Below, one piece after another: positions 1 through 8,950 of a stretch of DNA of 64,000 bases. The stretch is taken from positions 348,575 to 412,574 of the forward strand of contig CAWHBG010000001.1 of assembly GCA_963827565.1 (NCBI GenBank), given 5' to 3'. The stretch's first letter is position 1. Each line of letters starts with the position of its first letter. A model generated the notes under the pieces. That model ran no database searches. It was not told the DNA's origin and saw only the letters and a list, made by a program, of their open reading frames with translations. This stretch comes from Candidatus Aminicenantes bacterium (GTDB lineage Bacteria; Acidobacteriota; Aminicenantia; UBA2199). A program made the translations under genes and the position numbers.

Positions 1-1609
1 TGAATTCACCTATACCAGTCATTCTCAACCGGACATCTGGACGATTGCGTCTGTCTGGACGGCCGGAGTTACAGGAGTTACAGTTACTCAGACTGTTACA
101 TATATCAATGGAACAAACCGGATAAAATTCGTCTGGAGTGTTACAAATGGAGGGGTGAGTACATATAATGATGTCAGATTTATGCATGTTCAGGATACAT
201 ACCTTGACAATCAGGATAACGGTTATGGTCATTGGAACCCCAGCCTTGGAATGGTGTATATATCAAATCCTGACCCAACAATTGCAGGGATCATGGGGAT
301 GTATGGAGGAGCAGGATCAGCGGCTTCCAGATATGATTCAATTGGTTATTGGTCGACTGAGGATAGTGCAGATGGAGGGCAATTGTCAAACACAGTTATT
401 GATGGTTATTCTCATGATGCAGCATATGCTCTTCAATGGAACAGGACCTCTTTAGCTCCAGGAGAAACATGGACTGTTACGATGTATGAAAAGTTCACTG
501 AACCCGGTGAGGTTTTGGTGTCGGCACCCGCCTCTACAACGGGAAATGCAGGCCAGTTAGTTACCATGGTTTTCACTGTAGAAAATCTTCAGACCGTGAG
601 CGATACATTTGATCTCTCTGTTGCCGCAACTCCGAACGGATGGACTACAGCATTGCCGGATGGAAATACTGTGATTCTTGATGACGGTGAAAGCAGTAGT
701 GTCAATGTTACGGTACAGATCCCTGCAGGAGCAAGTCTCGGTGATAGTGAAAATATCAGCTTGACAGCTGTTTCTCAATATGATGTTGATGTATCAAATA
801 GTGACAATTGTGATATTACTGTTTCAGATTCTGCTACGACAAAAAACCTTAATATTAGTGTCAGCGGGGGAGGGACAACTAATCCTGCTCCGGGAATTTA
901 TAACTATCCGAATGATTCAGTTGTGGAAGTGACAGCGATCCCTGATCCGGGTGAAACATTTCTCGGTTGGTCCGGTGATATTCCTTCAGGGAGTGAAATG
1001 GATAATCCGGTTTCAATTACCTTAGATTCCGACAAATCAATTACGGCTTCATTTTCCGGGGAACCAGAGGTTGAAAGGGAGACAAGATATCGTGTTAACG
1101 TTTCTGTAGTCGGTGAGGGAGGAAGTGTAGAGAGGAATCTTTATAAAGTTAAAGAGGGTAACGATGTTAAGATAAAAATATTTCCGGAGGAGGGATATGA
1201 ATTAATTATGATCATTGATAACGGTTATGAGGTCCCTGTTGCTAATCCTTATTGGGTATATGATGTTATGGAATATCATGATGTCCAGGTATATTTTACA
1301 AAGATCAAAAATGCCCCTGTTCTGACTCTCTCCGGAGTTAGAAGATCTGAATCTTCATGGACGATGACACGTGATTATGTTGATCTGAATATAAGTATTG
1401 TTGAAGATGAAAGGCCGATCGAAGTTTCTGATTTTACTCTTTACAGGAATACAAATGGTTCATGGGTGGAAGTGGAAAATTATCATAATTCCGGGCATTT
1501 TAATTATAGGGATAAATATTTCGAACCGGGGATAATAATTAGCTATAAACTTACAGCATATTCATCTGATGGTTCGGTGGTTACTGAATCTAAAATTCTG
1601 AAACTCTAA
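1..1609 (+). CDS. Secreted/surface multi-domain protein (NEW3/CARDB-like Ig domain, InlB-B-type repeats, C-terminal Fn3-like domain); 5' end lies outside the window
   Basis: Frame is open from base 2 to the stop at 1609. Ser/Thr/Asp-rich beta-sandwich sequences: VFTVENLQTVSDTFDLSV...GESSSVNVTVQIPA (NEW3-like) and GGTTNPAPGIYNY...VTAIPDPGETFLGWSGD...ITLDSDKSITASF (bacterial B-repeat). Confidence 0.7.
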   Translation, partial: EFTYTSHSQPDIWTIASVWTAGVTGVTVTQTVTYINGTNRIKFVWSVTNGGVSTYNDVRFMHVQDTYLDNQDNGYGHWNPSLGMVYISNPDPTIAGIMGMYGGAGSAASRYDSIGYWSTEDSADGGQLSNTVIDGYSHDAAYALQWNRTSLAPGETWTVTMYEKFTEPGEVLVSAPASTTGNAGQLVTMVFTVENLQTVSDTFDLSVAATPNGWTTALPDGNTVILDDGESSSVNVTVQIPAGASLGDSENISLTAVSQYDVDVSNSDNCDITVSDSATTKNLNISVSGGGTTNPAPGIYNYPNDSVVEVTAIPDPGETFLGWSGDIPSGSEMDNPVSITLDSDKSITASFSGEPEVERETRYRVNVSVVGEGGSVERNLYKVKEGNDVKIKIFPEEGYELIMIIDNGYEVPVANPYWVYDVMEYHDVQVYFTKIKNAPVLTLSGVRRSESSWTMTRDYVDLNISIVEDERPIEVSDFTLYRNTNGSWVEVENYHNSGHFNYRDKYFEPGIIISYKLTAYSSDGSVVTESKILKL

Positions 1610-1624
1610 TAAGGAGAGATACAT

Positions 1625-2191
1625 TTGAAAAGAATTTTATTAATTATAATCTCAATTTTAGTGATATTAACAGGGCTTCATAGTAAACAGGATAATGATA
1701 ATTCCCTCTTTTTCGGTGTTAAAGGGAATTTTATGTTCCCGTCTGATTCAGGCTTTAAGAATGTATACGGATCTAACTTGTTCTATCCCGGAGCTGAATT
1801 CGGCTACAAGCTTAAGAATAACATCTATTTTGTAGCGGGATTTGACAAGTTTAATAAGGAAGGTGAAACTCCGGTCCTGAAAGAGATATCATTATCTGAG
1901 CAGAAAATTTTCTCACTTGGAGCAGGATATTCAAAGAACATAAGCGATCGTTTTTATTTAAGGGGAGATGCCGGGATCCTCTCTGTCTCATATGAAGAAA
2001 AAGCTTTCGGAGAAAAAATTACGGGAAGCTCATTCGGATTCTATATTCAGGGAGGAGCTGGAATGATCTTTGGTAAAAGATTTTATCTCAGCACTCTTGC
2101 GGGATATAGTGCTGCATCTGATAAAATTGATGATCTCAGTATTAAGTTAGGCGGTTTCAAAATATCCATCATTCTCGGAGTTGTTTTCTGA
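1625..2191 (+). CDS. Outer membrane beta-barrel protein (8-stranded type)
   Basis: TTG start after AAGGAG SD, signal peptide, alternating amphipathic strands, C-terminal Phe (ILGVVF). Confidence 0.7.
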   Translation: MKRILLIIISILVILTGLHSKQDNDNSLFFGVKGNFMFPSDSGFKNVYGSNLFYPGAEFGYKLKNNIYFVAGFDKFNKEGETPVLKEISLSEQKIFSLGAGYSKNISDRFYLRGDAGILSVSYEEKAFGEKITGSSFGFYIQGGAGMIFGKRFYLSTLAGYSAASDKIDDLSIKLGGFKISIILGVVF

Positions 2192-2217
2192 GTAGAATAG
2201 TTGATTTTTAATGATCG

Positions 2218-2246
2218 GGGCAGGTGGAAACACCTGCCCTTTTTTT
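2218..2246 (+). terminator. Rho-independent terminator
   Basis: GGGCAGGTG-GAAA-CACCTGCCC stem-loop followed by a T tract, between convergent genes. Confidence 0.85.
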
Positions 2247-2962
2247 CATTTTATGTCAAAATATATATGGTCCCAGTAGAAGAATTCTATTTTAGATCCC
2301 GGAGCTGTCTCTCTTGTTAGCTTGAACAATCCGACCGGATCGTCTACTTCCAGATCAAATCTGTATTTGTTTCCCCTCACAAAAAGATGGACGGGAACAT
2401 CTATTTCTTCCGCAGTTACGGTCTTGTTGAGTATTTCTGTATTGGTTGTAAAATTCTTAATCCGGACACGGGTCTTCAGCACGGCCCCTGTATAATTCCA
2501 GCGAAACTTAATTGCTCTCATTAGAATCGGGCCTAATGTAATTTTTGAATCGGGCCTCGGGTATACCCACTCAATATGGTTGTTGACCTTGTAAGTACCG
2601 AGCACAATGGGTTTCGGTTTCTCCCCTGCGGGGAATAGAGCCGGTTTCGGAACCAGTTTAATTGTAATAAGCTTATGGGCGGCTATATCGTAAACATAAG
2701 GGGTTCCATTAGAGTATCTTCCATTACTAAGATCCCGCAGTTTCAGGGTATCTAAAAATATACTCTGTCCCGGCAGTGGAGCCCCTCCTTTTTTCACATT
2801 AAGGTATGCATTCAGATATCCAAGAAATTGAGAATGTCCGATTACCTTATATTTATCCGCTCCGAATGGGGCCAATTTTGTTTTTACAGTGCCTTCAATA
2901 TGGAATGTGGATATTAAGAAAATTATCAGTATTAAAAATAATATTGTTTTATGTCTTGTCAT
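2246..2962 (-). CDS. Hypothetical secreted protein, paralog of 40349..41101
   Basis: Signal peptide, GGAGG SD; shares LGTY-x-(V/I)-x-N-x-I-x-WV-x-P-x-P and F(R/K)W-x-(Y/F)TG blocks with the 40 kb ORF. Confidence 0.75.
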   Translation of the reverse strand: MTRHKTILFLILIIFLISTFHIEGTVKTKLAPFGADKYKVIGHSQFLGYLNAYLNVKKGGAPLPGQSIFLDTLKLRDLSNGRYSNGTPYVYDIAAHKLITIKLVPKPALFPAGEKPKPIVLGTYKVNNHIEWVYPRPDSKITLGPILMRAIKFRWNYTGAVLKTRVRIKNFTTNTEILNKTVTAEEIDVPVHLFVRGNKYRFDLEVDDPVGLFKLTRETAPGSKIEFFYWDHIYFDIK

Positions 2963-3197
2963 CTTTTCCTCCCCGAGTTCAAGTAGACGATCTGTTTATA
3001 ATATAAAAAAAGTGGACAAAAATCTCAATAATATTGTAGACAGCCCGCTTTTTCTATACTATATATGAACTACTAATACACAGGATCAGACGAACGGGGA
3101 ATTGTTCAATCATAAATTTTGATTTCCGGGGGATGTGTGAAACGGTAAACAGACCCTGCCACCCATAGTTACCTTCGGTGTATGATTCGGAGGGGAT

Positions 3198-4703
3198 ATG
3201 AAAGATATAAATTCCGGGGAAAAACATCTTAATGTTTTACTGGTCTATCCTGAATATCCTCAGACCTTCTGGGGATTCGGCCATGCGATCAAGTTCATTT
3301 CAAAAAAAGCAGTCTACCCTCCTCTGGGATTATTGACGATTGCAGCGATGCTACCTGAAGAATGGGATAAAAATCTGATTGACATGAATGTTCGGTCGTT
3401 GAAAGATAAAGAGATCCAGCGGGCTGATATAATTTTTATAAGTGCAATGCTTATCCAGGAAAGCTCCGTCAGAAATATTATAGAAAGGTGTCATAAAGCC
3501 GGGAAAAGAATTGTCGTCGGAGGGCCGCTGTTCACTGCCAATCCGGATCAATTCTATGACGTTGATCATCTGGTCCTGAACGAAGGAGAAATCACATTCC
3601 CCCCCTTTTTAAAGGATCTTATAAATAAAACTGCTCAAAAAAGATATGGATCGGAAGAATTCCCACCTCTGAGGTTATCTCCGATACCGGATTGGGCATT
3701 AATTAATCATAAAAAATATGTATCCCTGAGCATTCAATATTCCAGAGGCTGTCCGTTCGATTGTGAATTTTGTGATATCAAGGTCCTTTTCGGAAAAAGG
3801 GTGAGAACAAAAGATCTTTCTCAGATAGAGAATGAATTGGATATGATGTATTCCATCGGGTGGAGGGGCGGTGTTTTTTTTGTTGATGATAATTTTATCG
3901 GGAATGTAAAAAAACTGAAAAATGAGATACTTCCAGGACTGATACGATGGCAGTCGAAGAACAAATCCCCATTCTCTTTTTCAACGGAGGCTTCAATAAA
4001 TATTGCCAAGGACGATGCACTGCTGCACTTACTGGTCGAAGCCGGATTCAATTCAGTGTTCATTGGAATTGAAACGCCGAATGTATCCAGCCTGAAAGAG
4101 TGCGGAAAAATTCAGAATGAAAATGTCGATCTGGTAGAGAGTGTAAAGAAGATCCAGTCGTATGGGATCGAAGTCAAGGGGGGATTCATCGTGGGTTTTG
4201 ACAGCGACCCTCAATCCATATTTGACCGTCAGATTGAATTCATCAAAAAAAGCGGAATTATTGTAGCTATGGTTGGTCTGTTGAATGCCCCGAAGAATTC
4301 AAAATTGTATAAGCGCTTAAAATCAGAGAACCGGATCACAGGTGAGCAGTCGGGAAATAATACCGGTTTTTCGATGAATTTTATTCCAAAAATGAATTTT
4401 GAAGTTTTATTAAGCGGATATACAAGAATCATTAAGGAATTATATTCCGCAAAAACATATTATCTCAGGGTGAAAAATTATTTAAAGAATTGTAATGCCG
4501 TTCACAGCGGAAAATCAAAGCTAAATTTTGCAGATATTAAAGCTCTTTTCAGATCTTTATTTGTACTTGGTGTAAAGGATAAAGGCAGGAAATTTTACTG
4601 GAAATTATTTTTCTGGACAATTTTCCGGTGTCCCCGGAATTTCCCTCTGGCTATTACCTATTCTATTTATGGTTTTCATTTTAGAAAACTGTTTCAGATA
4701 TAA
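3198..4703 (+). CDS. Cobalamin-binding radical SAM protein (DUF4070 / HpnP-like class B)
   Basis: N-terminal B12-binding domain (PPLGLLTIAAMLP, VVGGP), SRGCPFDCEFC CxxxCxxC motif, FFVDDNF, GFIVGFDSD. Confidence 0.88.
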   Translation: MKDINSGEKHLNVLLVYPEYPQTFWGFGHAIKFISKKAVYPPLGLLTIAAMLPEEWDKNLIDMNVRSLKDKEIQRADIIFISAMLIQESSVRNIIERCHKAGKRIVVGGPLFTANPDQFYDVDHLVLNEGEITFPPFLKDLINKTAQKRYGSEEFPPLRLSPIPDWALINHKKYVSLSIQYSRGCPFDCEFCDIKVLFGKRVRTKDLSQIENELDMMYSIGWRGGVFFVDDNFIGNVKKLKNEILPGLIRWQSKNKSPFSFSTEASINIAKDDALLHLLVEAGFNSVFIGIETPNVSSLKECGKIQNENVDLVESVKKIQSYGIEVKGGFIVGFDSDPQSIFDRQIEFIKKSGIIVAMVGLLNAPKNSKLYKRLKSENRITGEQSGNNTGFSMNFIPKMNFEVLLSGYTRIIKELYSAKTYYLRVKNYLKNCNAVHSGKSKLNFADIKALFRSLFVLGVKDKGRKFYWKLFFWTIFRCPRNFPLAITYSIYGFHFRKLFQI

Positions 4704-4736
4704 ATGAAATTATTTCTATTTATATCTTTTCATTGA

Positions 4737-4765
4737 TTGACGGTATTTCACAATTCTGCTATTAT
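4737..4765 (+). promoter_or_regulatory. Sigma70 promoter of the tungstate/Moco operon
   Basis: TTGACG (4737-4742), 17 bp spacer, TGn-TATTAT (4760-4765); predicted start about 4772, just before the riboswitch. Confidence 0.75.
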
Positions 4766-4772
4766 CTGAACA

Positions 4773-4866
4773 TCTCCGAGTTTTCCGGACTAAGGCAATT
4801 TGCTAAGCCGGAAAACCTGCAGGGTAGTCCCGGAAACAGGGCTGCCTCCCGTACTTGGAAAGGAGA
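4773..4866 (+). ncRNA. Moco RNA motif (molybdenum/tungsten cofactor riboswitch candidate), P3-less Tuco-type
   Basis: Hallmark segments CUCCGAG...CUAAG...AGGG...GGAAAC...GCCUCCC...UGGAAAGGAG; P2 UUUUCCGG/CCGGAAAA; GAAA tetraloop stem; lies directly upstream of wtpA and Moco biosynthesis genes. Confidence 0.88.
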
Positions 4867-4929
4867 ACTCAAACAGGGATTTGCTCCCGAATGATCTCCT
4901 TCCATATTAAAGTTGATATGGAGGTTTAA

Positions 4930-5922
4930 ATGAAATTCAAATTAATTCTATTACTTGTTCTTGCGGTTTCTCTGATATCTATCAGTAATTGCTCAGGGTC
5001 AAAAGAAGATACGGACGGGAAATCCGTTGTTAAACTGCTGGTGGTTCATGCAGGTTCACTCTCCATCCCTTTCAAAGAGATCTCCAAGGAATTTATGAAA
5101 ACCTATCCGGGAGTGGAAGTGATGCTGGAAAGCTACGGAAGCAGGACCGCGGCCCGGCAGGTATCAGATCTGAAACGTGAAGTTGATATTGTCGCTTCTG
5201 CTGATTCGGATGTGATCAGAAAATTATTGTATCCGGAGTTTGCAGATTATTGCTTAGATTTTACCACGAATGAGATGGTTCTTGTTTATACCGGAAAAAG
5301 TATGTTTAAAAACGAACTTACCGGAGAGAACTGGTTTGAGGTCCTGACGAGAGAGGGCGTAGAGTTCGGTCACTCAGATCCTAATTCTGATCCCTGCGGA
5401 TATCGGGCTGTCCTAGCCATGAAGCTGGCTGAAAAATTTTATAAAAAACCCGGACTTTTTGAAAACCTGAAAAGTAGGATAAAAAAGAAAAATATACGTC
5501 CCAAGGAAGTTGATCTTCTGGCTATGATCGAAGCGGGTGAATTGGACTACCTTTTTATCTACAGAAGTGTGGCTGAACAGCATAAACTTGAATACCTGTC
5601 TCTCCCGCCTCAGGTCAATCTGGTTTCAGCTGAACATTCGGAACTTTATTCACAGGTTTCAATCGAGATCTCCGGGAAAAAGCCGGGTGAGAAGATCATA
5701 AAAAAGGGCGCTCCCATGGTATATGGAATTACAATTCCAAAAAGTGTGATACATAAAGACTGGGCGGTAAAATTTGTAAAATTTATTTTGGGTGAGAAAG
5801 GGCGAGAGATCATGAAAGCGAACGGGCAACCCGTCATGACACCTCCTGTCATTGATCACCCGGAGAAAGCTCCTTCAGAATTGAGAGGAGCTTCGCCCTG
5901 CTCCGGTTGTCCCGGATGTTAA
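4930..5922 (+). CDS. wtpA: Tungstate/molybdate ABC transporter substrate-binding protein WtpA
   Basis: HAGSL, GSR, ASAD, SDPNSDPCGYR and RPKE motifs (Asp/Glu ligands of WtpA-type octahedral binding); lipoprotein-like signal. Confidence 0.9.
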   Translation: MKFKLILLLVLAVSLISISNCSGSKEDTDGKSVVKLLVVHAGSLSIPFKEISKEFMKTYPGVEVMLESYGSRTAARQVSDLKREVDIVASADSDVIRKLLYPEFADYCLDFTTNEMVLVYTGKSMFKNELTGENWFEVLTREGVEFGHSDPNSDPCGYRAVLAMKLAEKFYKKPGLFENLKSRIKKKNIRPKEVDLLAMIEAGELDYLFIYRSVAEQHKLEYLSLPPQVNLVSAEHSELYSQVSIEISGKKPGEKIIKKGAPMVYGITIPKSVIHKDWAVKFVKFILGEKGREIMKANGQPVMTPPVIDHPEKAPSELRGASPCSGCPGC

Positions 5923-5967
5923 TAACGTTTATAAAGACAATAATGAGTACGAACAGATGACGGATCA

Positions 5968-6720
5968 ATGAAAGTAAGGCATGTTTTTTTCATCCCGGGG
6001 ATATTTCTCCTTTTATTCCTGGCATATCCGTTGATAAAAATGGTGTTCAATGTTGAACCTTCGATCCTTCTAGATACCGCAAAAGAGAAGGAGGTGATCC
6101 ATTCTATTATTTTAACTCTCCGGGCTTCATTGTTTGCAACCGTTGCAGCCCTGCTTACCGGGATCCCCCTCGCTTATCTTTTTGCGAGGAAGGAATTCCC
6201 CGGTAAAAAGATTCTTGAAGGGTTAATTGATATTCCTGTGATAATTCCCCACACAGCAGTGGGAATTGCATTGTTATCCGCATGGGGGAGACATTCTTTT
6301 ATCAGTAAATCCACCGGTTTGAATATTGTCGGTACCGAAATAGCGATCTCAATGGCGATGTTCTTTGTTTCGGTACCCTTTCTGATCAATTCGGTGAAGA
6401 GCGGTTTCAGAATGGTAGATCCTCGGTATGAAAAAACAGCATTAACCCTCGGCGCCAGCCCATGGCAGATGTTCTATTCGGTCAGTCTCCCAATGGTAAA
6501 AAAATCGATCATTTCCGGCTCAATAATGATGTGGGGCAGGGGAATATCAGAGTTCGGCGCAGTCATCATACTTGCTTATCATCCCGTTACCGCGCCTGTC
6601 CTGATCTTTGAAAGATTTCAGAACTATGGGCTCAAATATGCTCTTCCGGTTACTGTCATAATGATCGTGTTAAGCCTTCTGATATTCATTTTGATCAGGG
6701 TCTATGAGGCGAAGAAATAA
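5968..6720 (+). CDS. wtpB: Tungstate/molybdate ABC transporter permease
   Basis: DIPVIIPHTAVG, EAA-like loop EKTALTLGAS, RGISEFGA; follows wtpA. Confidence 0.85.
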   Translation: MKVRHVFFIPGIFLLLFLAYPLIKMVFNVEPSILLDTAKEKEVIHSIILTLRASLFATVAALLTGIPLAYLFARKEFPGKKILEGLIDIPVIIPHTAVGIALLSAWGRHSFISKSTGLNIVGTEIAISMAMFFVSVPFLINSVKSGFRMVDPRYEKTALTLGASPWQMFYSVSLPMVKKSIISGSIMMWGRGISEFGAVIILAYHPVTAPVLIFERFQNYGLKYALPVTVIMIVLSLLIFILIRVYEAKK

Positions 6721-6721
6721 A

Positions 6722-7759
6722 ATGGATATCCGACTTAGCAATGTAAATAAAAAACTGGGGGATTTCCAACTTAAAAACCTTAATATTAATATAGATGAAG
6801 GGGAATATTTTGTATTGCTGGGGCCCAGCGGTTCAGGTAAAACAAAAACCATTGAATTGATTGCCGGATTGCTGAAACCTGACAGCGGTTCAATTTCAGG
6901 TGTGGAAGGGAAACAGACCGGATTGATCTATCAGGATTACATGCTATTCCCCCACATGAATGTTTATGAGAATATCTCCTACGGGTTGAGATTTAAAGAT
7001 CTGAAAAAAAATGATATTAAAAAAAGAGTGAAAGAGGTGGCGGAGGAATTCGGAATATCACATCTCATCAATAAAAAAATAGACATCTTATCAGGTGGAG
7101 AAAAACAACGGACAGCCATTGCAAGGGCAACGATACTTTCTCCCGATATATATATCTTTGATGAACCTACTTCCGCTCTTGACAGGAATTTGAAAGAGAT
7201 GACCCGTTCACTTTTCAGGAAGTTCCATAAGAGGACAGGGAAAACATTCATTCATGTTACCCACGATTTTGAAGAGGCGATATCTCTTGCGGATAAGATC
7301 GGTATAATATTCGATGGAGAGATTGTTCAGACGGGAACGCCGGATGAGATATTTTCCTCTCCCGTTTCAAAAAACGTAGCAGATTTCCTGGGGTATAAAA
7401 ATGTCATCAAAGGGGAAGTAAAAGATGGAATCTTCAGTTCCAGGGGGGTAAGTGTTGCCGTCAATGGAGAGAATTCTATCCTCTCATATATTGCAGTCAG
7501 ATCAGATGATGTAATATTATCGGAAAAGGAGATCCAATCATCGGCAAGGAATTCATTCAAGGGAGAAGTAACGGATATCTATAAAAGATCTTCAGGCGTT
7601 GAAGTGATAGTTGATATCGGAATCCCGTTAATTGCGGAGATAACAAGGAAATCCTTTGATGAGATGAACATTAAGTCCGGACACCGGCTCTGGGTGACTT
7701 TTAAGGTTTCCTCGGTCAAGGTGTTCCGTCACGATAATGATTCTCTCGGGAATAGGTAA
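6722..7759 (+). CDS. wtpC: Tungstate/molybdate ABC transporter ATPase with C-terminal TOBE domain
   Basis: GPSGSGKT, LSGGEKQR, FDEP, HVTHD; C-terminal SSARN TOBE motif. Confidence 0.85.
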   Translation: MDIRLSNVNKKLGDFQLKNLNINIDEGEYFVLLGPSGSGKTKTIELIAGLLKPDSGSISGVEGKQTGLIYQDYMLFPHMNVYENISYGLRFKDLKKNDIKKRVKEVAEEFGISHLINKKIDILSGGEKQRTAIARATILSPDIYIFDEPTSALDRNLKEMTRSLFRKFHKRTGKTFIHVTHDFEEAISLADKIGIIFDGEIVQTGTPDEIFSSPVSKNVADFLGYKNVIKGEVKDGIFSSRGVSVAVNGENSILSYIAVRSDDVILSEKEIQSSARNSFKGEVTDIYKRSSGVEVIVDIGIPLIAEITRKSFDEMNIKSGHRLWVTFKVSSVKVFRHDNDSLGNR

Positions 7760-7762
7760 GAA

Positions 7763-8950
7763 ATGAAAAAAGATGAAAAAATGATCCTCCCATCTGAAGC
7801 GGAAGTAATCATTGCCATGTATGGGAAGCCGGGTGGGATAGAGGAATTACCCCTGCTGGAATCTTCCGGACGGGTGCTTGCAGAAGATATCTGTTCAGAG
7901 ATCGAAATGCCCCCATTTGATAAATCGGCAATGGATGGATATGCAATTATTTCGGAGGACAACTCAAATAGATTTGAAATAGTTGAAATAATCCCTGCCG
8001 GGAAATTCCCCGAAAAAAAAATAGAAAAGGGGCAGTGTGCCAAGATAATGACCGGAGCCCCGCTTCCGGCCGGAGCTGACCGGGTGATCAAGGTGGAAGT
8101 AACCAGAGAAGTGGATGGGTTTATGTTTGTTACCGGAGAGGATAAAGCCGGCAATGTATGTATCCGCGGAGAAGATATAAAGATCGGTGACAGGATCCTT
8201 GAGAAAGGCAAAATCATGAGAGTCGCTGAGATCGGGGCTGCTGCCTCCCTCGGGCATAATAGAATTAAAGTATTTAAAAAGGTCCGGGCAGGATTAATAA
8301 CAACCGGATCCGAGATCAGAGACCCGGGAGAGATATTAGGCCCCGGGCAGATTTACAATAGTAATGGATACTCATTGTCCGCTCAATTATTGAATTCAGG
8401 AGCAGATTTAATTGAAAAAAAGATTGTCAAAGATGACAGTACTGAACTTTCTAGTGAGCTTGGAAAATTGATAGATAATGCAGACCTCACCTTAATATCA
8501 GGCGGAGTATCTATGGGAGAGTTCGATCTTGTTCCGGATATTCTCAAGGAGCTTGGTGTTAATGTCCATTTTAATAAGGTGGCAGTCCAGCCGGGTAAAC
8601 CGACACTATTCGGTACAAAAGGGAATAAAATTGTATTCGGCCTTCCGGGGAATCCGGTATCTACATTTGTGATATTTGAACTTTTTGTAAAACCTCTGCT
8701 TATCAGGATGTCGGGAAGCAGTTATAAAGCTCTTACTATTAAGGGAAAACTGGAGGAAGGTTTTAAAAGGCGGAGAATAGAGAGAGAACTATATGTTCCG
8801 GTCAATTATGATAATGGGATCATAAAACTGATTGAGTACCATGGGTCTGCACATTTTGTTTCATTATTGGGTGCGAATGCCCTCCTGAAAATTGAAATGG
8901 GAGTGAGTGAAATACCTCCCGGTGAGATTGTGGATGTTAGACAAATATAA
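7763..8950 (+). CDS. moeA: Molybdopterin molybdo/tungstotransferase MoeA
   Basis: [44 protein letters not shown]. Confidence 0.95.
   Translation: MKKDEKMILPSEAEVIIAMYGKPGGIEELPLLESSGRVLAEDICSEIEMPPFDKSAMDGYAIISEDNSNRFEIVEIIPAGKFPEKKIEKGQCAKIMTGAPLPAGADRVIKVEVTREVDGFMFVTGEDKAGNVCIRGEDIKIGDRILEKGKIMRVAEIGAAASLGHNRIKVFKKVRAGLITTGSEIRDPGEILGPGQIYNSNGYSLSAQLLNSGADLIEKKIVKDDSTELSSELGKLIDNADLTLISGGVSMGEFDLVPDILKELGVNVHFNKVAVQPGKPTLFGTKGNKIVFGLPGNPVSTFVIFELFVKPLLIRMSGSSYKALTIKGKLEEGFKRRRIERELYVPVNYDNGIIKLIEYHGSAHFVSLLGANALLKIEMGVSEIPPGEIVDVRQI

Noticed and set aside
3198-4703. Calling the radical SAM gene hpnP or a RiPP maturase
   Set aside because: No hopanoid genes or precursor peptide nearby; only the family-level call is supported.
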